A DNA stretch of 30,515 nt, taken from positions 1 to 30,515 of the IMG/VR virus record IMGVR_UViG_3300020381_001145, one strand, 5' to 3'. Origin of the DNA: a virus. Its lineage: Duplodnaviria; Caudoviricetes. This document shows, one piece after another, positions 1 through 8,012 of this stretch. A program made the position numbers and the translations under genes. Under the pieces are notes generated by a model. It did not search any database. It was not told where the DNA came from and saw only the letters and a program-made list of their open reading frames with translations. The number at the start of each line of letters is the position of its first letter. The first letter of the stretch is position 1.

Positions 1-164
1 AAAGTTTGACAGCCGATACAGATTTAAATATATCAGCTAACGGCACAGGGGCTGTAAATATTAGTGATGTAATAGTTAAACTACCAAATTTACCTACATC
101 TGATCCATCAGTGGCAGGTCAGCTATGGCGTTCCGGTAATGATGTAAAAATTAGCACTGGCTAA
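1..164 (+). CDS. 3' end of putative virion structural/tail-fibre-like protein (partial)
   Basis: My translation from base 3: SLTADTDLNISANGTGAVNISDVIVKLPNLPTSDPSVAGQLWRSGNDVKISTG*, TAA at 162-164. The beta-rich 'DLNISANGTGAV' segment and terminal 'LPTSDPxVAGQLW...KIS.G' resemble C-termini of phage fibre/structural proteins (recognition, not searched). Confidence 0.6.
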   Translation, partial: SLTADTDLNISANGTGAVNISDVIVKLPNLPTSDPSVAGQLWRSGNDVKISTG

Positions 165-838
165 TTAATAGTTCTTCCTAAGTAAAACATCTTTTTATTA
201 ATATCTAAAGTGACTAAATCTCCAGTGGCAAACCAGTCATCATAAATGCATATAGGACCTTTTACATATAACTGGTCCTCTACTATTTTGTAATCACACC
301 AAAATGTATCACCTACGATTCTTTCATCTGCTTTATCGCCAGGCAAATATTTTTTATTGATTGTCCAAGGCCCTATTTCGCTCATTCCCCAATTGGCATA
401 TACTGTTGCACCTTTATCAATAAATGCTTGTATATGTGTTGCAGGTATAGGATCACTGCCCATAGCAATGTGTTTTCCGTTTAAATCTGCTGTTTTAAAG
501 CCCTTGGTTTTAATAACTGCTTCACACATAGCAGGAGGCAGGAAGGTATGTGTATGACGCTCAAAACGTTGTAAAAAGGTAAATGCATTGAACTTTTCAA
601 TGGTAACATTGCATCCTATTGCATAGCCAGGTAATGATTGTAGTAATAATCCCCCTGCATGTGTCATTCTTGTAACTGTAAATATACTTGATTTTGAAGA
701 TATATCTTGTCCTTTTATTGCAACTTGAATACATGCGTTTAAATTATCTGGTGTTCTAAATATATCTTTTGAAGGGCCAGTTGTACCGCTACTGGAAATG
801 GTAACTCCTTCATTTAAAATCTTTCCAAAATCTATCAT
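161..838 (-). CDS. Minimal ANL-superfamily adenylation (AMP-binding) protein
   Basis: P-loop SSGTTGPSK, A4-like MTHAGGL, A5-like WGMSE, A7 ATGDL and A8 YLGR; only 225 aa, ending at the hinge. Confidence 0.8.
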   Translation of the reverse strand: MIDFGKILNEGVTISSSGTTGPSKDIFRTPDNLNACIQVAIKGQDISSKSSIFTVTRMTHAGGLLLQSLPGYAIGCNVTIEKFNAFTFLQRFERHTHTFLPPAMCEAVIKTKGFKTADLNGKHIAMGSDPIPATHIQAFIDKGATVYANWGMSEIGPWTINKKYLPGDKADERIVGDTFWCDYKIVEDQLYVKGPICIYDDWFATGDLVTLDINKKMFYLGRTIN

Positions 839-1869
839 TTTTCATACTTCTCTAAACTTCGATTTATAGTATTGTTTACTCGAACAAACAAAGAGGTCTT
901 ATTAAGCTGGTTAATGTGTTCTGCGCCTGTATATGTGCATACACTCCTTAAACCCCCTTGTATTTGCTTTAAAATGCTTTTAATAGACCCTTTACAGGGT
1001 ATTAATAGGTCTCTACCTTCGTTAGGTCTATATTCTTGTTCAGTAGGTTTAGTTTGGTTATACATTTTGGTGCTACCCAAACCGTAAAGATTTACAAACT
1101 TTCTCCCATCAATTTCTACTATATTATCACACTCTTCTGCTCTACTTACCATGCCTGCAATCATAACCATTTCCGCACCACCGGCTATTGCCTTACATAC
1201 ATCTCCTGACGTTACACATCCACCATCGGATATAATTTTGACTTTGTTGTTTTTTGCTTCTTCATAACAATCCATAATTGCACTCAATTGAGGCACACCA
1301 ACACCAACTTCAGATCTTGTTCTACATGCCGCTCCACTTCCTACGCCTACTTTTACAAAATTTGCACCTGCATCAGCAAATAATTTTATAGGCTTAGGAG
1401 TTGCTATATTTCCAGCACTTATTTGTATATGAGGGAAAGTTTCCCTATAGAGTTTTATTGTTTCTATCATGCCTTGTATATTCGCATATACGTTAGCTAT
1501 ATCTACGTTAATAAAACCTATGTCTGGATACTTAGAAACTACTTCTACTGTTTTTTCCCTATCCCAAGTTTGTACTCCACTTGTAATTGCAATAAATCTT
1601 CGGTCTGGCATTTTTTCCAATTCGATAATATGTTCTTTTGCTGTATATTCTTTATGTAGAAATGTAAAAATACGTAGCGAAGATAAAATATTTGCAATTT
1701 TATAAGTACCAGTACTCAACATATTTGCAACTATTACAGGAGTAGCCTTAGTGCCAAGCCAATCTATTTCTATGTCTACACTTTTCCTAGTAAGTGGTAT
1801 TTCACTTATACGAGGTTCTATAAGCACATCGCTAAAATCTAATTTTATATCTTCTTTAACTTTATTCAT
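835..1869 (-). CDS. guaC: GMP reductase (IMPDH/GMPR family)
   Basis: N-terminal KLDFSDVLIEP, DIAN, AGNIAT, catalytic loop KVGVGSGAACRTR, GVGVPQLSAI, ISDGG, YRPNEG, GGLRSVCTYTGA. 344 aa with no CBS domains, matching the GuaC layout. Confidence 0.85.
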   Translation of the reverse strand: MNKVKEDIKLDFSDVLIEPRISEIPLTRKSVDIEIDWLGTKATPVIVANMLSTGTYKIANILSSLRIFTFLHKEYTAKEHIIELEKMPDRRFIAITSGVQTWDREKTVEVVSKYPDIGFINVDIANVYANIQGMIETIKLYRETFPHIQISAGNIATPKPIKLFADAGANFVKVGVGSGAACRTRSEVGVGVPQLSAIMDCYEEAKNNKVKIISDGGCVTSGDVCKAIAGGAEMVMIAGMVSRAEECDNIVEIDGRKFVNLYGLGSTKMYNQTKPTEQEYRPNEGRDLLIPCKGSIKSILKQIQGGLRSVCTYTGAEHINQLNKTSLFVRVNNTINRSLEKYEK

Positions 1870-3233
1870 GTAATATTATGCTTTTCTTTAATTCTTTCTA
1901 TTGCTTTAAAAGTTGGCACTTCAATATCTTTGTTGTAATTAAATATATTAGGTTTATTAATAAATTTAAATCCAAGAGCTGTCTGAAACATAAAGTATAT
2001 ATGAGTAGTTTTATATAAACATTCCAAACTGCCTTTTTCGAATATTTTCATTTGTTCTTGTAATTTTTCCGGAATTGGTTTTTTCTTTTGATCTTGCCAA
2101 AATTTAGTGTCGTTCCTAGTTGCATATCTATAGTGCATAATTGTGAAATCTCTAAAATCTTCCACCATTTCGTATACGTAGTCATTATAATCTTTTAAGG
2201 TTTTTTTATCTTCTAGAACCTTAACTAAAAAATCTGCACTATAAATGCTACTATGTAAAGCAGTTGCTTCTAACGGTTCGATAAAACTTGCACTTAGTCC
2301 AATATAAGCATAATTGTTTTTTGCGATTTCTTTGTAACAGCCAGGAGTATATCTTACCTCTTTAATTGGCTTGACTTTATGTCCTAACCATTTTTCTGCT
2401 TCATCAATAATTTCTTCTGCTGTTGTATGTTTATTGCTAAAATTATATCCGCTTCCACAATTATCTGTCTTAGGCACTTCCCACATCCAACCGTTTTTCA
2501 TCGCACGTGAAACTGTGTAATTTTGTTTTTTTGTTGGAAGTAAAAAAGGCACTGCTCCGTCTATGTCTAACCATTCTGTATAGCTTTGGAACTCGTGTTC
2601 AAAAACTTTGTTAAATAATCTAGCAAATCCTGTGCAATCGATGTAAAAATCTGCTGAATAAGTATTTTCTTTACCCTTTAAATTTATAATTTTTCCATTT
2701 TCATTTACAACTTCTTCAATAGTGTCTATTTCTTCAAAAACCTTATTGGTTGCTAAACATCTATCTCTAAAAAACTTTCCTACATTTTTTCCGTCAAAGT
2801 GGTATGTGTGCCTTTTTACTTCTGTATAGTCGTGTATTCCGTGTTTCATTAAAAATGCATTTACACTATAATCTTCTATATTTGCATCTTCTTCAAGCAT
2901 TTTATACATAACATCTATGTCTTTTTTTGCTCCTCCTCTTATACCATCGTAATACCATCCGTCTACAAATTTCCTAAAACTTTTACCTTCACCTTGCCAG
3001 TTTTCAAAAAGTATTCCTAGCTTTACAGTTGAATTTGTTTTTTCCAAAAATTCTTTGTCATCGCCTTTAAGTATTACATCATTAAGTGATCCGGTTGCAC
3101 CTTCTCCTGTACCTATTATTGGAATTTCTCCACTGTAAATAATTTTTATAGATTTTACTGCATAAGATTTTGATAATTGGTATGCTGTTGTCCAGGCCGC
3201 TGTACCGCCGCCTACAATAATAATATTTTTCAT
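1866..3233 (-). CDS. Flavin-dependent halogenase (tryptophan halogenase family)
   Basis: GGGTAAW FAD motif, IGTGEGAT, TVKLGILFENW (catalytic Lys position), YHFDG, ADFYIDCTGF, GWMWEVP (WxWxIP variant), FIEPLEAT, HY...RNDTKFW. Confidence 0.88.
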   Translation of the reverse strand: MKNIIIVGGGTAAWTTAYQLSKSYAVKSIKIIYSGEIPIIGTGEGATGSLNDVILKGDDKEFLEKTNSTVKLGILFENWQGEGKSFRKFVDGWYYDGIRGGAKKDIDVMYKMLEEDANIEDYSVNAFLMKHGIHDYTEVKRHTYHFDGKNVGKFFRDRCLATNKVFEEIDTIEEVVNENGKIINLKGKENTYSADFYIDCTGFARLFNKVFEHEFQSYTEWLDIDGAVPFLLPTKKQNYTVSRAMKNGWMWEVPKTDNCGSGYNFSNKHTTAEEIIDEAEKWLGHKVKPIKEVRYTPGCYKEIAKNNYAYIGLSASFIEPLEATALHSSIYSADFLVKVLEDKKTLKDYNDYVYEMVEDFRDFTIMHYRYATRNDTKFWQDQKKKPIPEKLQEQMKIFEKGSLECLYKTTHIYFMFQTALGFKFINKPNIFNYNKDIEVPTFKAIERIKEKHNIT

Positions 3234-3766
3234 ATTTCAATTTCCTTTAACACTTCATTAAATTTTTTATTACATGTCCAACTTATAATAATCCTTACGT
3301 CATCATTATAATTAATTACATCATGCGGTAGATCATTCCTTATTACTGTTGGCACTTTTAATACATGTTCAAAGTCAAGTTCTAAATCACTTGTTACAAA
3401 TCCGATCATGTCATTTGATTTTAAATTTACTTTGGGTTTAGCATCACTAAAACTGTCGTATACTGTTCCATACTTTAATTCATTTTTAGATTTATAAAAC
3501 CTTGTTACCTTGGTGTCGTCACAATTATGATAAGGGATATTTAAGCTACAAGATCTTCCTAAGTCTACATGCTTAGGCCAAGATCCTTTTTTCAATTGAT
3601 AAATGTTGAACCTATTACCGAGCCATGAATATTGAGAATCATAGTTACAAACTATCTTATCATCATCCATCATATACCAATTATCAGGAATCTGTTTGCT
3701 AACAAATTTAAATAATTCTTTTGTGTCAAAGTTAGGTAATTCAAAAACATAGTTGTTTCTAATCAT
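3230..3766 (-). CDS. Putative Fe(II)/2OG-type dioxygenase (DSBH fold)
   Basis: HVD, then SLNIP strand, distal His in PHDV, and terminal Arg strand RIIISW; ATGA-coupled to both neighbours. Confidence 0.55.
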   Translation of the reverse strand: MIRNNYVFELPNFDTKELFKFVSKQIPDNWYMMDDDKIVCNYDSQYSWLGNRFNIYQLKKGSWPKHVDLGRSCSLNIPYHNCDDTKVTRFYKSKNELKYGTVYDSFSDAKPKVNLKSNDMIGFVTSDLELDFEHVLKVPTVIRNDLPHDVINYNDDVRIIISWTCNKKFNEVLKEIEI

Positions 3767-4263
3767 ATTCTTATCTCCGGATTGTATATTTTACTTACTT
3801 CATTAAATTTAGTTTCAAAACATAACTGAAATACTATTCTTGTATTATTTTTATTAGTAAAATGTACATTATGGTACTGTTCACCAGTATTCAGTATTGC
3901 ACCATATCCTTCATAATTTACGTTACATACAAATTCTTTTTTTTCGTCATAAAAATATGTTTCGCCGCAATTTTCTGTAAGGGCAAAACTAATTACAGTC
4001 TGCCTAGGTATCCAAGTACCATCAAATTCATTATGCCTATTTTTGTCTTTGTGTACAGTGCTACCAGATTCATTTACTCGTAATAGCTGACAAACACAAT
4101 CTAAGCCTGTTGTATTAAATTTTTGTAATTTGTTTGGCAGTTTAAAAAAACTAATCTTGTAGCTTATATCTACAAAAGCATCTGGCTCATATGCCAGATC
4201 TAATAATTTTTGTCTTGTGCTTTCTTTGATAGCATACGGAACAAGTTTATAATAAGGTTCCAT
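3763..4263 (-). CDS. Putative Fe(II)/2OG-type dioxygenase (DSBH fold)
   Basis: VHKD, ISFAL, ETYFY, distal His in YHNV, and RIVFQL strand. Confidence 0.55.
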   Translation of the reverse strand: MEPYYKLVPYAIKESTRQKLLDLAYEPDAFVDISYKISFFKLPNKLQKFNTTGLDCVCQLLRVNESGSTVHKDKNRHNEFDGTWIPRQTVISFALTENCGETYFYDEKKEFVCNVNYEGYGAILNTGEQYHNVHFTNKNNTRIVFQLCFETKFNEVSKIYNPEIRI

Positions 4264-5068
4264 ATTCTTCTTTTTTCTTTTCGTATTCTTTAATAAGCAT
4301 TTTTGTTACAGGTCCAGAGCGTTGTGTTTCTGTTACTCCACCGCTTGAACTTGTAATAAAAACTTCATCTGCATTTAAGAATTCTTTTTTTGAAATAGGG
4401 CGTCTAGTCAAGTCTACTATATCTTCCACTACACTCATAGTTACCCCTTTGAGAACATTTTTGTCGGCTGTATAAACTTTACTGTCAATAACAATACCTA
4501 CATTAAATCCAGGCCCTTCAGTAATGTTACCATCAACATCTACTAATACTGTTGTGTCACTTCCTTCTGGTCTATTACGCTGGCTCATTGTGAGTTCGAT
4601 CCAAGCCATGTTCTTATAAGTCTGTCCGTAGTAGTCATCATTTACACGTTTAATTTCTTCGTCTAACGCAATATTAATAATAGACTTGCTTCCGATTGGA
4701 TAACTTGGTTTAATGTACATAGCAAAATGTGTTTTACAATTTTCTAAATCTCTAGGATTACCACTGGGAGGATAACCTCTCCATGCCAAGAACCAAACAA
4801 ATGCATTCTCAATTGGATTATGCCTTGCTAGTTCCTTAGTAATTTCTAGAGGATCAACATCAGGAAGGATAAGTCCGTATCTTTCTGCACTGTTTTTAAA
4901 TCTTTGTAAATGTCTTTCGTAACAAAATGCTTTGCCGTTGTATACAGGCATTACATCATAAGTACTATCACAATGTATGAATCCAAAGTCTAAAACTGTT
5001 GGTCCAATTTCTCTTAATGGTTTATATTCTCCATTTTTGTATGCTATTAAGTCTAAAACGTCAGTCAT
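4247..5068 (-). CDS. PLP-dependent aminotransferase class IV, (R)-amine-transaminase-like
   Basis: GFIHCDSTYDV, HLQRF, AFVWFLAWRG, catalytic YKNMAW, TEGPGFNV, VLKGVT, ADEVFITSSSGGV. Start moved to ATG 5068 (8-bp overlap with upstream stop); the track gives 5098. Confidence 0.85.
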   Translation of the reverse strand: MTDVLDLIAYKNGEYKPLREIGPTVLDFGFIHCDSTYDVMPVYNGKAFCYERHLQRFKNSAERYGLILPDVDPLEITKELARHNPIENAFVWFLAWRGYPPSGNPRDLENCKTHFAMYIKPSYPIGSKSIINIALDEEIKRVNDDYYGQTYKNMAWIELTMSQRNRPEGSDTTVLVDVDGNITEGPGFNVGIVIDSKVYTADKNVLKGVTMSVVEDIVDLTRRPISKKEFLNADEVFITSSSGGVTETQRSGPVTKMLIKEYEKKKEEYGTLL

Positions 5069-5318
5069 CAAAATGTACCTTTTTAAGTTGAGGATCATCA
5101 GGCAATTTTTTCTTAAGTTCTTTGAGTCTATTAATTCTCCACTCTAATAATTTAAAGTCTAAAACCCAAGGAAAAATAGCGTGAATCAAACTTCCTATTG
5201 TTACTCCTAGTAGAAAAAAGAATTCGTCTATCGCCAGCCTAAAGTGCCACCAGTATCCAGCATCTTCTCTACCTGCCTTTTGTTTTGCTTCTTGTAAATG
5301 TTTAGGATTGTACCACAT
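5061..5318 (-). CDS. Small putative membrane protein (DUF6356-like)
   Basis: 85 aa with YWWHFRLA, a hydrophobic stretch FFFLLGVTIGSLIHAIFPW, and overlap coupling in the operon; family name is from recollection. Confidence 0.5.
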   Translation of the reverse strand: MWYNPKHLQEAKQKAGREDAGYWWHFRLAIDEFFFLLGVTIGSLIHAIFPWVLDFKLLEWRINRLKELKKKLPDDPQLKKVHFDD

Positions 5319-5859
5319 AGCTTCCTTTCAACAAATTTCTGCGTCTATTGTATTCTTTAATATTAAGTTTCCACACGGCTTGATGTGTATAGTATAACTC
5401 CATTTCACTATGCTTGTCAAGTATTTTTTGCTTTGCAAGTAAACCCATAAGTTTATGATTCCTGGCGGCTTTGCCATTTGAGTGTTCATGGTGTGTGTTA
5501 GTAGTAATATATAGCTCATCAGTAGGACAATATTCTATAAACTTGGGAATGATTTCTCTTTGTGTAATACTGTTCCAGTCTCCTTTACCTAAGCCTAGAA
5601 AAGTATCATTTTGTGGAAGTTCACAACCTCTAAAAAGTATTCGCCAAGCATTTTCACCTACCTCAGGTAATGGATGACATCCTGCCACTGCAACAATAGT
5701 TTCATTTACTATTGCACAAAAGTATTCTCCACGTTCTTTACACCAATCATACTTCATGGCTTTTAGACTAGAATTATTTTGGTAACCAAGTTTTTCTGCT
5801 TGTTTACAGAAAACTTCTAGTTGAGGTATAAGATCATCTGTAATAACTTTTATTTGCAT
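5302..5859 (-). CDS. Putative GNAT-fold acyltransferase
   Basis: YFCAIVNETIVAVAGCH hairpin followed by WRILFRGCELP and LYITTN strands, consistent with GNAT topology; no canonical motif A seen. Confidence 0.45.
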   Translation of the reverse strand: MQIKVITDDLIPQLEVFCKQAEKLGYQNNSSLKAMKYDWCKERGEYFCAIVNETIVAVAGCHPLPEVGENAWRILFRGCELPQNDTFLGLGKGDWNSITQREIIPKFIEYCPTDELYITTNTHHEHSNGKAARNHKLMGLLAKQKILDKHSEMELYYTHQAVWKLNIKEYNRRRNLLKGSYVVQS

Positions 5860-6536
5860 ATTGTAAATATACTCAATCCTATTTTACGTTCAATACCTTT
5901 ATTTGTAAAATCAGTGCTACAGTGTAAAGCAAGACTATCAAAGCACAAAACACTTCCTATTGCCCAGTCCAATGTTGTGTTAACACTGAGACCTTCAGTC
6001 CATTTATCTTTTAAATGGGAAAGATATTCTGCTTTGAAAGTGTTTTTGATGCCATTTGTATTGCAATTATGTACCTGCGAGTATTCTGTCACTGGAGCAT
6101 TATAATAAACGTTTTCTTTCTTTTGTTGTCCGTTAAAAAATTTAGCAGGTCCTCCATAATAGTATTGATCAAAAATTACTAACTTCACATCATTACTATT
6201 GCCGTATATTTTTAGAGGCAATGTAAATGCTTTGTACGATTGAGGTAAATTGAATTCATCATCATTATGAATTATATGCGGCATATTCACATCAAAAAAA
6301 TGTGCATATCTAACTTCAAATGGTAACAGTTTTTCCTGCATCGTATCAATTATAGGTACAAGTAAATCATGATTGTTGTTTATTTTAAGAACTTTAGGTC
6401 CTGTGTTTTTTTGTATAATGTTGTCTTCATTATCAAAATAGTGTTTTAATAACGAACTAGTGTCAACTATATTGTCTACAACAAAAGGATCGCTGTGAGT
6501 GAGTTTAAGTTTGTTTATACTAGCTGTATCTCGCAT
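5850..6536 (-). CDS. Putative Fe(II)-dependent dioxygenase (paralog of 13841-14647)
   Basis: PHIIHND, FTLPL, DWAIGSVLCFDSLALHCS, RKIGLSIFT. Start moved to ATG 6536 (TGATG 1-bp overlap); the track gives 6581. Confidence 0.55.
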   Translation of the reverse strand: MRDTASINKLKLTHSDPFVVDNIVDTSSLLKHYFDNEDNIIQKNTGPKVLKINNNHDLLVPIIDTMQEKLLPFEVRYAHFFDVNMPHIIHNDDEFNLPQSYKAFTLPLKIYGNSNDVKLVIFDQYYYGGPAKFFNGQQKKENVYYNAPVTEYSQVHNCNTNGIKNTFKAEYLSHLKDKWTEGLSVNTTLDWAIGSVLCFDSLALHCSTDFTNKGIERKIGLSIFTICK

Positions 6537-7294
6537 CAATAATATTTTAATACACTCATAAGTTTCATAACATTTTCCCATGTCTTAGGCACGTTAAGAA
6601 TTAAGTGATAACTTTCGTCTGTCCAGCTGTGGGTTCTATGCACTTTCCGTGTATCTACATAATAAGTTCCGTTTACTACTACGGGTCTACGTTCTTCAGA
6701 TAACCACCATTCGTAGCAGTCTGTTCCTGTCTGTTTACCTATAAATGTAATAATTCTAAAACAATCACGAGTCAAATTAGGACTATCTCTATGCGGCGGG
6801 AACCAACCACCCTGGTTGGCTTTTATTATCATAGTCCGCCCAAGCCCGCCCCAATAATCTAAGATATTGTGTAAACTTGTAAGTCTACTATATGCTTCTG
6901 TGGGAGTATTGAAATCTTTTTCTAAAAGAAATCTCCCGGCACGTTTTATAGCTTCTGGTCTGCTTAGACTGTCGTTTGGTTTGTCGCCTTCTAAACCTAC
7001 AAGTAACAATCCCTCTCTGTCATTACTGATTCCATCTCTACGCAAGTATGGTACAAACCAATCTGATATTTGTGCTATTTCTTTTTCAAATATTCTATGA
7101 TTAAATGGAAAGTTTAATAATTCAAAATCACCTAATGCTTGTAGTTGCATTTCACATTTCATATCTTCATCTGTTGGTTCGAAAATTTGAGGAGATTCTA
7201 CCCATCGGCTATGATAGTCTGCAACTTTTTTCCTATTAGACTTTTCTATTATATTAAGAGGTTTTCCGTTTTTATCAACTTTTTTTAAATCCAT
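6536..7294 (-). CDS. Fe(II)/2OG dioxygenase, Asp/Asn beta-hydroxylase-like
   Basis: GGWFPPHRD, FRII, GTYYVDTRKVHRTHS, YHLILNV: HxD...H pattern as in the Asp_Arg_Hydrox-like family. Confidence 0.65.
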   Translation of the reverse strand: MDLKKVDKNGKPLNIIEKSNRKKVADYHSRWVESPQIFEPTDEDMKCEMQLQALGDFELLNFPFNHRIFEKEIAQISDWFVPYLRRDGISNDREGLLLVGLEGDKPNDSLSRPEAIKRAGRFLLEKDFNTPTEAYSRLTSLHNILDYWGGLGRTMIIKANQGGWFPPHRDSPNLTRDCFRIITFIGKQTGTDCYEWWLSEERRPVVVNGTYYVDTRKVHRTHSWTDESYHLILNVPKTWENVMKLMSVLKYY

Positions 7295-7298
7295 ATAA

Positions 7299-8012
7299 TT
7301 AATCCTTTATTACTTTTATCACATCATCAAAACTAGGACGGGGATATGCTTTTTCTACATGTATAGGCGGAAAAGGAATATGTTTTTCCGCATCTATCCT
7401 TGGATCAAAATACTGATGTCTTGTTTCTATATCTTTTGCATAACCGATGCCCATAATAAATCTAAAATCCAACGCCCTTTCGTCTTCTGCTAGTTTAAAT
7501 ATTTCTTCAGCTCTTGTGTAATTGTTACAAATGTTTTGACACATTCCAGTTGATAATCCGCGATTGGCAAGAGCCAACATTATATAAGCACTGAAGATTC
7601 CTATTTCAATATTTTCAGTTTGTGCTTGTCTACCATTAGGATCATTTGTGCGTTTTTGTCCTATACCTAAACCATTGAATTCGCCACGTTTTGAAGTTTT
7701 CTCATATCTAGTTTCTAGATCCGATGTCCATCTTGAATTGAATCCTAACAGCCAAGGTGCTAGTACTTGAGGATTACCGTGATCAACTTCCTTGTCCATT
7801 TCCTGGTTTCTGTGACAAATCGTCATAATTTCTTTACGTATTTCTGGATCGTCATTTCTCATCAATCTAACTTGATAAGGAAACATAAGATTTTTACTAG
7901 GTATATGTTGATGAACTTCATGCAATGCATCTAAAATTAGGTTTTTATCTGGAACTGTATCTGCCCATGCAAATGTAGTGTGCCTCTCCTCAATTAATTG
8001 TGACCAATCCAT
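7299..8012 (-). CDS. Nitroreductase-fold flavoprotein
   Basis: ERHTTFAW, IPSKN..PY, NPQVLAPWLL, EIGIFSAYIMLALANRGLSTGMC, MGIGY. Confidence 0.75.
   Translation of the reverse strand: MDWSQLIEERHTTFAWADTVPDKNLILDALHEVHQHIPSKNLMFPYQVRLMRNDDPEIRKEIMTICHRNQEMDKEVDHGNPQVLAPWLLGFNSRWTSDLETRYEKTSKRGEFNGLGIGQKRTNDPNGRQAQTENIEIGIFSAYIMLALANRGLSTGMCQNICNNYTRAEEIFKLAEDERALDFRFIMGIGYAKDIETRHQYFDPRIDAEKHIPFPPIHVEKAYPRPSFDDVIKVIKD

Noticed and set aside
835-1869. IMP dehydrogenase (guaB)
   Set aside because: Length, the N-terminal KLDF.DVL and the YR..EG flap fit GMP reductase better.
4247-5068. ilvE, dat or pabC gene symbol
   Set aside because: Substrate-determining motifs do not match BCAT or DAAT, so no symbol was given.
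5061-5318. RiPP precursor peptide
   Set aside because: It looks like a small membrane protein. No leader/core pattern, and no RRE, protease or transporter was recognised in the window.
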